Assembly (NCBI RefSeq): GCF_006345805.1
Contig: NC_043019.1
Coordinates: 31,867,360-31,931,359, forward strand
Source: Octopus sinensis
Taxonomy: Eukaryota
Length of the DNA stretch: 64,000 bases
Direction of reading: 5' to 3'
Part shown: one piece after another, positions 53,573-64,000 of the stretch
Layout: every line of letters starts with the position of its first letter
Numbering within the stretch: the first letter of the stretch is position 1
Made by a program: the position numbers and the translations under genes
Notes under the pieces: generated by a model
Seen by the model: only the letters and a program-made list of their open reading frames with translations
The model's database searches: none
Told to the model about the DNA's origin: nothing

Positions 53573-56149
53573 AATTCCTCTATTTACATAATATCGCGGT
53601 CTCTTTCTTTCTTTTGTTATCTTACCATTTTTATCAATATATATATATATATATATATTTATTTACAAGGCGGCGAGCTGGCAGACACATTAGCACGCTG
53701 GGCGAAATGCTTAGCGGTATTTCGTCTATCGTTACGTTCTGATTTCAAATTCCGCCAAGGTCGACTTTGCCTTTCATCCTTTCAGGGTCGATAAATAAAA
53801 TACCAGTTTCGCACTGGGGTCGATGTAATCGTCTTAATCTGTTTGTCTGTCCTTGTTTGTCCCCTCTATGTTTAGCCTCTTGTGGGCAATAAAGAAATAT
53901 ATATATATATAGATATATATATATTTACTAATATGGCTATTACTGTTTTAACCCCAGGCAGATCTTCCTCCAACTGGTTATAAGTACAGCCTACTCCCAG
54001 TATTTATTTCAAGCAGGGGTGTGAACCCCTACCACCCTCCAGCAGATGACAGGATTGCAAAACCAACCCAGTTTCAAGCTAGTTTTGCTCATCCTTGGTC
54101 GTGAACACCTGGTCACTGGAGAGATGGCCAGAGTCTGTTCCAGCAAGCAATATATAGAAAGCCAAGCAACGGTCAGTCACTGATTTGCGTCAAGCAAGGT
54201 AACTAATTGTAAAACTTCGTTAAGAAATACGAATAGTTACTATATTAATAAGTGAAGCTAATCGCCACATCAATATGGCTGTTCAATGTTAATAATGTTT
54301 CAAAGGTGGGGCTGTTTATTTCAAGAATGACATTGCAGGGTTGGTGTGAGAGGCTGGATAAGGCTGGTTTAAATGTTAAAAGTATTAAATTCAGTGGCAT
54401 ACAGATGTCTCGCTATTCATTTAATTTCTTGGTCTGTTTTGTATTTTATCAAGTCTCATGTAAGTCATATTATTATACTGCTTACGAAGACCTGTTGAGG
54501 CAAGTGAAATCGAAATCAAATTCGATGACTGGCATCCGTGCTAGTGGAGCGCTCGTATGGCACACTTAAGTGCCATACGAGCTTGATCATTGCCAGAGCA
54601 ACAAGCTGGCCTCCATGCCGATGGTACGTAAAAAGCACCATTCAAGCGTGATCGTTACGTGCATCGCCTTATTGGCACTTGTGCTGGTGGCGCATGAAAA
54701 AACCTTTCAAGCGAGGTCGTTGCCAGTGCCACTGGACTGGCTCCTGTGCAAGTGGCACATAAAAGATACCATTTGAGTGTAGCCACTGCCAGTACCGCCT
54801 GTAAAGCACCCACTGCACTCTCGGAGTGGTTGGCGTTAGGAAAGGCATCCAGCTGTAGAAACTTTGCCAAATCAAGATTGGAGCCTGGTGCAACCATCTG
54901 GTTTGTCAGACCTCAGTTAAATCGTCCAACCCATGCTAGCATGGAAAGCGGACGTCAAACGATGATTATGATGATGATGTGAAGATGGAAGTAAATAATA
55001 GTCAGGTTGAATGTGAGCTATCATCTGAGAAGATGAAGCAATTATAATCATTGTGTGTTTGTGTGTGTGTTGTTCTTGTTTCTTTTAAGTTACAGAGTGG
55101 TAGTGATGTGTATAGATGCAGCATTATTACCACTTCAAATATGTTTGGGGCACATTCAAATCGGTCTGTGACAGACCGGTGTCCCATCCAGGTTGTGAAT
55201 ATTTGTCTTGAACGCTGGGAAACTGACCCTTATGAGTCGGTAACTGACTCAAGAAGGGACCTGTAACCTGTACGGTGACTGGAATATCATAAGAGAGATA
55301 GCGAGCTGGCAGAAACATTAGCATGGCAGGTGAAATGCTTAGCGGTATATCGTCTGCTGTTACGTTCTGAGTTCAAATTCTGCTGAGGTCGACTTTGCCT
55401 TTCATCCTTTCGGGGTCAATAAATTAAGTACCAGTTATGCACTGGGGTCAATGTAATTGACTTAATCCCTTTGTCTGTCCATGTTTGTCCTCTCTTTGTT
55501 TAGCCCCTTGTGGGTAATAAAGAAATATGTATATCGTCTGCCGTTACGTTCTGAGTTCAAATTCTGCCTTTCATCCTTTTGGGGTCGATAAATTAAGTAC
55601 CAGTTATGCACTGGGGTCGATGTAATCGACTTAATCCATTTGTCTGTCCTTGTTTGTCCTCTCTATGTTTAGCCCCTTGTGGGCAATAAAGGAATAAGAG
55701 AGACAGTTTCTCTTATCAGCTTGCAGTGCACTCTGTCCAGTTTCTGGGACTGAAGGGGAGATAACCACTCCGAAATGCTTGCTTCTCACACTCTGAATAG
55801 GTGGCACTGTGAGCTTTTTTTCATGTATTTACACCATTTGCCTACAGTGAGAAATTTTCTCCATGACAAAACACAGAAAATGGTTTTCTTACGGGTTAAA
55901 ACATGCCCTAAACATATTTGAGCAGATAATAACCTTGCATTTCTTCTAAGTTCCGTCTATGAATCAGACCTACTGGTATTCATTACACATTGTGGAAGTG
56001 GTGGTCAGAGGGTACTTGTACTATTGGCAATTCTGTCTACAACAAAGTCCTACCCATATATCATTTGGCAGCGTGTGTCTGTGTATATGTGTGTGTATAT
56101 ATGTTACAATAACCAACCAATATCTTTTGGGTTATGAAAGCCAGTTTCA

Positions 56150-56189
56150 CACATGTGTATATGTATGTATGTATGTGTATATATATATG

Positions 56190-56221
<32 letters not shown>

Positions 56222-56629
56222 TATATGTATATATATATGTATATATATATGTATGTATATATGTATATATATATGTATGTATATATGTATATATATATGT
56301 ATATATATATGTATGTATATATGTATGTATATATGTATGTATATATGTATATATATATGTATATATATATGTATGTATATATGTATATATATATGTATGT
56401 ATATATGTATATATGTATATATGTATATATGTATGTTATATTATATGTATATATGTTGTATATATGTATGTATATATATATGATATAGTATATGTATATA
56501 TGGATTGTATATATGTATATGTATATATGTATTATATATGTATATGTATATATGTAATGTACATATGTATATGTATCTATATATATATATATATATGTAT
56601 ATGTATATATAATATATGTATATATATAT

Positions 56630-56661
<32 letters not shown>

Positions 56662-56934
56662 GTATATGTATATATATGTATATGTATATATATATATATG
56701 TATATGTATATATATATATATGTATATGTATATATATATGTATATGTATATATATATGTATATGTATATATATATGTATATGTATATATATATATATGTA
56801 TATGTATATATATATGTGTATGTGTATATATATGTATATGTATGTGTATATATATGTGTATATATATGTGTATATATATGTATATGTATGTGTATATATA
56901 TGTATATATATGTGTATATGTATATATGTATATA

Positions 56935-56975
<41 letters not shown>
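56150..56975. repeat. Large compound (TA)/(TATG) microsatellite, representative of many
   Basis: Similar tracts at about 1340-1660, 20830-21270, 41540-42020 and 50150-50500; (CA)-rich 42970-43365; (ATT)n 14440-14730; CT-rich 16960-17590; ACT/ACC/GCT-rich 14020-14340 and 39560-39915. Confidence 0.97.
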
Positions 56976-56977
<2 letters not shown>

Positions 56978-57228
56978 ATAATGTATACTTGTTTCTACTT
57001 TGATACTGTTTAAGCAGCTGTGATATTTTGTTTATATCACATGTACACAATGCAAAAAACACTTGATAAACAAGTGTTGCTGCTACAAAGAGGCTTCAGT
57101 CATATATTATCACCCCGAGTAGCCTTGTCCAATGTATGACAGCGAGAATAACGCAGATGTAGAATTGGCTGTTGATGATATATATATATATATATAAAAT
57201 CCTTATTTTAATGACGACAGTGTGTGTT

Positions 57229-57259
<31 letters not shown>

Positions 57260-57526
57260 GTATGTATACCATCATTAAAATATATATATATGTATGTATA
57301 CCATCATTAAAATAAAGATATTATATATATATATAATATCATCATCATCATCATATATATATATATTATATAGTGGTTAGGGGTGTTGAGCTCATGATTG
57401 CCTGATCCTAAGATTGTGGTTTCAATTTCTGGACTGGGCAACACGTTGTGTTCTTGAGCAAAACACTCCATTTCACATTGCTCCAGTTCACTCAGCTGGC
57501 TAAAATGAGTAACCCTGCGATGGACC

Positions 57527-57573
<47 letters not shown>

Positions 57574-58480
57574 CACTGTGAGTACAGCAGGGATCACCAC
57601 CCCCTGTCGGAACCTCGTGGAGCTTTAGGTGTTTTCGCTCAATAAACACACACAACGCCCGATCTGGGAATCGAAACCGTGATCCTACGACCGTGAGTCC
57701 GCTGCCCTAACCACTGGGCCATTGCGCCTCCATATATATATATATATGTATTTCTTTACTACCCACAAGGGGCTAAACACAGAGGGGACAAACAAGGACA
57801 GACAAACAGATTAAGCCGATTCTATCGACCCCAGTGCGTAACTGGTACTTAATTTATCGACCCCGAAAGGATGAAAGGCAAAGTTGACCTTGGCGGAATT
57901 TGAACTAAGAACGTAATGGCAGATGAAATACGGCTACGCATTTCGCCCGGCGTGCTACCGTTTCTGCCAGCTCGCCGCCTTTATATATATATATACATAT
58001 ATATAATGAAAGAAAGAAAGAAAATGGAGATTTGTGGATGTATAATTATTACTATAATGATCCCTAACATATCGTTGAGACTTTCTCCTTATACGATAGT
58101 GATTAACCAGTGAAATTTTTGGATTATTTAATTCCTGTTGAGGACCTAACATCCTCGAATTGACTATACATACATATGTATATATACATATATATATATC
58201 CTTATTTTAACAAATTACCATTCATGTTATTCTGTCAAAAGTAACACAATATATATATAAATGTATATATATATATATGTGTCAAAAGTATACATATATA
58301 TATATATACACACATATATATACACACACACACACACACAAGGGCATCCAGCTGTAGAAACATTGCCAGATAAGACCGGAGCCTGGTGCAGCCTCCTGGC
58401 TTCCCAGATCCCCGGTCGAACCGTCCAACCCATGCTAGCATGGAGAACGGACGTTAAACGATGATGATGATGATATATAT

Positions 58481-58966
58481 GAATAAAACATTGATCAGTG
58501 AACAAACATCAAATTCGAGTCAACAACCTTATTTATAACACCACACCTCCAAATATTTGGTCATATATAAATTTTACCATGGCCCTTAACATATAAAGAA
58601 TACATATATATTAAAAAAAAACATGTTAAAAGAGGAGGGTAATTTGGATAGGTTTTACATAGGCACTACTGTTAATTTTAAGGCAATGTATAGGGTCCGC
58701 ATGAATTCATTTTAGAATGAAAAATATTTTAACTCCACTACACTTGCCTCTTATGTACATGGTTTAAAGAGGAATAAAAGAAAAGTTACTCTCTTGAATG
58801 GTCTGTTATTTCGAGGGCCCCTTATTTTAGAGTTAATGTTAACAAGTGTAAGTTGTGTATAAGGGTATCTCTTGATATCCTTAAGTCCTTTGTGCCTAAA
58901 ACATTAAATAGATTTCACAGGGTTGATCCCTTTTTTACAACCATAAGTTTTCTTCTACTTTTCTGA
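58481..58966 (+). pseudogene. Decayed Penelope-like element GIY-YIG endonuclease region
   Basis: DRFYIGTTVNFKAMYRVRMNSF*NEKYFNSTTLASYVHGLK-(frameshift ~58785)-YSLEWSVISRAPYFRVNVNKCKLCIRVSLDIL....LNR. This matches the PLE endonuclease pattern YIG..FK.R...H..SF...N.T.L..Y...LK...W.I...A.PY...C.LC..E...I...LN. Confidence 0.85.
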
Positions 58967-59627
58967 AACTATATAGAAGTAAAAAAATTACATGTGGTAA
59001 ATAATATTTAGTTTTACTGGGTTTTGAAACCGGATTGTAAAAATTCCTATTATTAGCAGCCACCTGCATGTTTAGCAATGAAATAAAAAATTTTTCTTTT
59101 TTTTTTTGTTAGATTTTTATTTTTTATTTTTTTGACTGTTCCTTTGATAGATTCGGCTCGTATGAATGACGAAGCCACCTTGACTATGATTCTATGAACC
59201 GTAAAAATTAATACAGAGAGTTGCTTATTTGCAAAAAAAAAAAGAAAAAGAAATATAACATGTGACTTCATTGACCGAGGTTACCGTGGTCTTTTCCTGT
59301 AGGCTTTTCTTTCCACGTGTAAACCTCACCTGTCCTCCCCTTTACACTTCATATTGACATTTCTGTGATAACGATCCTTATTGATCAATTCCCCCCCTTT
59401 TTTTTTAAATTTTATTCCCCCATTTTTTTGTCCTCTTTCTTTCCCTTTACGATCCCTTTTGATCGAAAACCAAACCCCCTTTTTTTACCCCCAAAAGAAA
59501 AGCTCTACCTTGTAATTTGTCCTGTCTGTGTGCAGCCCTGTGTGGCTAATAAAGAAACATATCTTCGAATTAGGTGTGCAGCCATTTTGTGACTCCCGTG
59601 AACAAACAATTTATTGAGATTCCTGTT

Positions 59628-59712
59628 CATCCTGATGAGGGGGTCATTGCCAAGATGCACCCTAAGTCGTAATCAAGCCACAACAGTGAAACTCCCGAAA
59701 TGGCCATAGATG
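59628..59712 (+). ncRNA. Type I hammerhead ribozyme with a palindromic stem III (Penelope-associated type)
   Basis: CATC-CTGATGA-GGGGG.TCATTG(loop)CAGTGA.AA.CTCCC-GAAA-TGGCCA-TA-GATG. Stem I CAUC/GAUG, extended stem II, 8-nt palindrome AUGGCCAU, AUA triplet. Confidence 0.85.
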
Positions 59713-60177
59713 TGTTTGAATTGATTTTGTAGAATTCTCTTACGCTCCTGAACTCCACCTTACCATGGTTTTTATAAAATGAACTTTTTTGACATTTTTA
59801 TTTGAGTGGAGTAAGAAAATTTTTTTTAGTCAATTGATATTTTATTTCATTTAGATTATTAGTCACACGACACGCTTCAGAATTTTTAATTGATTTTATA
59901 TACCTTCTGGATAGGCCGTTCTTTATATCTGCATTTTTATTCACATATATAGTTTTACCTTTTGTGTTTTTTTTTATATATGTATTCTTCACATAATATT
60001 TATATATTATCAAATGTTTGGAGGTGTGGTGTGATATATAAGGTCGTTGACTCGAATTTGATGTTTGTTTTATGATCAATGCTTTTTATCTCTGTCTCAA
60101 TTAAATTTGAGCACTTCCTTTTTGCAGTCTTATAAACCCTGTTGTCTCCATAAAAAGTGGCAAAAATTATTTCTTGT

Positions 60178-60180
<3 letters not shown>
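59713..60180 (-). mobile_element. Inverted fragment of the same Penelope-like element (RT-EN linker region)
   Basis: 59965-60090 is a diverged reverse complement of 58481-58623. The A-rich minus strand has ORF pieces QQEIIFATFYGDNRV..NLIETEIKSIDHKTNIKFESTTLYITPHLQTFDNI and TPLK*KCQKSSFYK. Confidence 0.65.
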
Positions 60181-60212
<32 letters not shown>

Positions 60213-60842
60213 TCTTGTTTCAGTCATTTGACTGTGGCCATACTGGAGCATTGCCTTTAGTCGAGCCGACCCCAGGACTTATTCTTTGTAAGCCTAGTAC
60301 TTATTCTATCAGTCTCTTTTGCTGAACCGCTAAGTTACGGGGACGTAAACACACCATCATCAGTTGTCAAGTGATGTTGGTAGGACAAACACAAACATAC
60401 ACACACACACACTTACAGATATATATATACGACAGGCTTCTTTCAGTTTCCGTCTACCAAATCCACTTGCAAGGCTTTGGTTGTCCTGAGGCTATAGTAG
60501 ACACTTGCCCAAGGTGTCACACAGTGGGACTGAATCCCGAATCATGTGGTTGGTAAGCAAGCTACTTACCACACAGCCATACATTGCACAACTTCTAGTT
60601 GTATATATCTTCACAACAAAACACACACACACTCCAACACAAACATAAAAACTCATTAAGTAATGCGAGTGTATATGTCTGTATATATGCATGTGTATGT
60701 ATGTGTGTGTGTAGTGATTAGTTTGCTTATCAACCACTTAGTTCCAAGCACAATCGCACTGCATGGCACCTTGACCAAGTGCCTTCTGCTATAGTGTCAA
60801 GCCGACCAAAGTCTCATAGGTGCATTTGGTAAAATATATGTG

Positions 60843-61181
60843 TGTAGCTCAGTGGTTAGAGCATCAAGCTTACGATCATGAGGTTGTGAGCTCGAATCCC
60901 GGACCGGGCTGCGTGTTGTGTTCTTGAGCAAGACGCTTTATTTCACGTTGCTCCAGTTCACTCAGCTGTAGAAATGAGTTGCGACGTCACAGGTGCCAAG
61001 CTGTATCGGCCCCTTTGCCTTTCCTTTGGATAACACTGGTGACGTGGAGAGGGGAGGCCGGTATGCATGGGCGACTGCTGGTCTTCCATAAAAAAAAAAA
61101 CAACCTTGCCCAGACTTCTGCCTCAGAAGGTAACTTTCTAGGTGCAAGCCCATGGTCAGTGTCTTGACCGAAGGGGGTCTC
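60843..61181 (+). mobile_element. tRNA-derived CORE-type SINE (second family)
   Basis: gtagctcagtggttagagc...gagctcgaatccc head, CORE-like ttcttgagcaagacgcttt segment, (CAA)n tail. Related pieces at 7700-7940(-), its duplicate, and 57365-57525. Confidence 0.75.
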
Positions 61182-61194
61182 AACAACAACAACT

Positions 61195-61236
<42 letters not shown>

Positions 61237-61416
61237 GCATCTTTGTGTTTTTGTTCCCTACCACCGCTTCACAACCAGTCTTCGTGCATTTACATCCCTG
61301 TAACTTAGCGTTTCAGCAAAAGACTGTGATAGAATAAGTTCTTTGGTTGAGTTATTTGACCAAAATTCTTCAAGGCAGTGCCCTAGTATGGCTGCAAGCT
61401 AATGACTATATATATA

Positions 61417-61628
61417 CACGGGGGGTTTTGGAAAGTTCTTGGCTTTAAGGGTATCACAAAGTGCTTAGTTGGAGGCCCAACCTCCCAAGTTCTTTTACGG
61501 GGCTTAGAAATGCTGGAGGACCAAGTATGTGAACCTGAGAGGGGAATATGTTGAATAAAATCATAATTAAGTGATCCTCTTGCATTTTCTTCTACCTGAC
61601 ACCAGGAACTTTTCAACACCCCTTCATG
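61417..61628. mobile_element. Mariner-type MITE (inverted, diverged copy)
   Basis: Reverse-complement match to 38227-38445 with degraded TIRs. Confidence 0.75.
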
Positions 61629-61856
61629 TGTGTGTGTGTGTGTGTGTATACACACTCACATATGTATTGTGAATGGATAAGGATATGAAATCTGGGCAGG
61701 TACCTTACAAGCACTTTAGTATAATCCAGATTCTTGCTAACTACATCAAATGATACGAAACAATTTACCTTAAACAAATTCTTTAAGGCAAACAGTCGGA
61801 TGGCATTTCACCATATGAGTAAACCCTAAGTTCACTTCTTTGGGTTTTATAAAGTA

Positions 61857-62183
61857 CTAGCACTATGACCCAGGTCATACTGCTAGTGCATGCATATACT
61901 GCTGTGTGCGTGCGCACATACACGCGAGTACTGTCCAAATCTCCGACCAATCACATACAGCTTCATTTTGATTGGGTCTTTGATAGAAAATTTGCAAAAA
62001 AGTCACTTCTCTTGATTTTTTAATGGCTTTGCGGGGTGACTGGGGAAATGTAAAGATGTGCACGACCACCCTTGGACGGTTTTGAATGACCATAGAAAGT
62101 GCGAGCCCTCTAACTGAAAAATTGTGGATTGGTATAAAGGACACACACACAGACAGACATTTTGCTGATTATATATATAGAGA
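61857..62183 (-). mobile_element. Non-autonomous Helitron
   Basis: Minus strand starts A|TC..., ends with hairpin tatgacc-tg-ggtcata followed by ...CTAG|T. These are Helitron termini with an A^T target. Confidence 0.75.
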
Positions 62184-62518
62184 TGATGGGGACAAACACC
62201 CTCTACACATACGCGCGCACGCACACACACACACAGCTTCTTTCAGTTTCTGCCTATCAATTCCACTCACAAGGCTTTGCTCAAGGTGTCACCGAGTGAA
62301 ACTGAACCTGGAATCATGTGCTTGAGAAGCAAGCTTCTTAGTACACAGCCATGCCTACACCGCACACGCTCACACACACACACACATATAACACAAATAC
62401 ACACATACTGTATACACGAGTTCAGCCTTAAATTCCTACTAAATCTTTTTTCTCATAAAATTCAATGATAAAGAAATGATGGATATGGATTTTCCACTTC
62501 CCAGCTGTAGAGACATTT

Positions 62519-62561
<43 letters not shown>

Positions 62562-62580
62562 ATATATGTATATATATGTA

Positions 62581-62611
<31 letters not shown>

Positions 62612-62751
62612 GTATGTGTGTGTGTATATATATATATATATGCTTTTCTGCTTTCTCTTGAGTATGTATTTGTGTGTATATTTGTATAGATGTGTGTTAT
62701 GTATTTATACACAACACACATACACATATGTATGTATGTATATATATATAT

Positions 62752-62783
<32 letters not shown>

Positions 62784-63613
62784 CTTCATTTCCTATGTAC
62801 ATTTATGTATTTTCAGTTGTACTTATACATATGCGTATTTGTGTACACATATACACACACGCGCGCGTACACAACACACACACACACGCGCGCGCGTACA
62901 CACACACACATGTAGCCACACATATAAACAGGTAATATAATATGCATCTAAGTTAAAATTTGTGGTCTGTGCATATTTGTGTATATTTCCTATATGTCTT
63001 TTTTTTACTTTCAAGTTCCATTTTAGTCCGTCTAAATCTGATCCAAAATTAGATCTGTTGATATTTTGAAGTTTAACCCCGAGTAGTAGTCATGGATTTA
63101 GTATTGCCCTCTGGTGGTTGTTGTGGTCACGACGCAATTGTAGTTGAGGTATTGATTGTCATGCTGATAGTCTCGTGTGACGTGGTTTTAGACATGTTTC
63201 CGTGATATTTTATATGTCATTTTATAACTAAATGGCTCCAGCATGGCCATAGCACAATGACAAGAACCAACAAAAGAATGTACGCTCAGTCATATATTGC
63301 TGAGACCTCGCTTCGGTGATGACTGACCGTGGGATTGCAGCTAGAGAGTTACCCTCCCAGGCACAAGTACAGGCAAGGTTGTTTATGGAACATTTGACTG
63401 CGACCATGCTGGAGCACCGCCCTTAGTCGAGCAAGTCGCCCTCAGGACTTATTCTTTGGAAGCCTAGCACTTATTCTATCGGTCTCTTTTGCCGAACCGG
63501 TAAGTTATGTGGACGTAAACACACCACCATCGGTCCTCAAGCGATGTTGGGGGACAAACACAGACACGCAAACATATTCACACACACATACATATACATA
63601 TATATATATACAC

Positions 63614-63933
63614 ATCATTCTTCCGTTTCATCGAGTTGTTACCAACCTTCCTGTCTCCGCTCTTTTGTCTTTAAAAACTAGCCCCTGTTATCCAAAACTT
63701 CCGGCCTTTCAGCATGTTTACTTCGTAAAAAACCAGTCGCGTTTTTTTTTCCCTCCGTTCGCCCACATCGGGATCTTTCTTTCTTCTTTCTTCCTTCTCT
63801 TATGTTTCCGACGAAGAGCTCCGCTCGAAACGTCATACCCTCCTTCTTCCCTTTTTCCTGAGCGCCTAATAATAATAATACTTTAATTGTTCCACGTGTT
63901 GTTGTTTTTTCTGTTTTCCCGTTTGGATTAACC
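63614..63933 (+). mobile_element. HHR-bearing element, subfamily A (longest copy), nested in the (TA)n tract of an S1 SINE
   Basis: Motif at 63804-63838: GTTT-CCGACGA-A-GAGC(TCC)GCTC-GAAAC-GTC-ATAC. Carries ~150 bp of extra upstream sequence. The SINE resumes after 63933. Confidence 0.7.
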
Positions 63934-64000
63934 TTATATATATATACATATATATGACAGGCTTCTTTCACTTTCCGTCTACCAAATCCACTTACAAGGC

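Noticed and set aside
58481-60090. DNA transposon with ~130-bp TIRs
   Set aside because: The right arm continues past the match to 60180, no TSD was found, and both arms look like Penelope coding sequence. An inverted PLE fragment explains it better.

Overview
AT-rich, repeat-saturated animal DNA. Its SINE families and microsatellite load resemble octopus genomes (recalled, not verified here). I recognised no host protein-coding exon and no true tRNA or rRNA gene. Nearly all ORFs in the supplied track are microsatellite or SINE artefacts. The coding-like material I could assign to a family is transposon-derived: a young-looking 5'-truncated R4/Dong-type RT-RLE LINE in (TAA)n (14.7-16.5 kb), a second Dong fragment (34 kb), decayed maT (DD37D) and mariner transposases, and a decayed Penelope-like GIY-YIG endonuclease (58.5-59.0 kb). 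The window also holds many tRNA-derived SINEs, MITEs, a non-autonomous Helitron, three tandem duplications, two with junctions in (TA)n and one in TA-rich sequence, and one 100-N gap. The main hidden signal is a set of hammerhead-ribozyme (HHR) elements, most of them in or beside (TA)n tracts. (i) A 360-bp-period retrozyme-like insert carries a fully paired type I HHR with the compensatory U3-A8 core (5348-5390, minus). (ii) A canonical type I HHR with a palindromic stem III lies next to the Penelope GIY-YIG remnant (59628-59712). (iii) Five ~200-300 bp HHR-like elements form two subfamilies whose stems covary. (iv) Two ~340-390 bp foldback elements have an HHR-like core at the hairpin apex and arms that share sequence with the retrozyme-like insert. 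All ribozyme calls come from manual folding and have not been tested.
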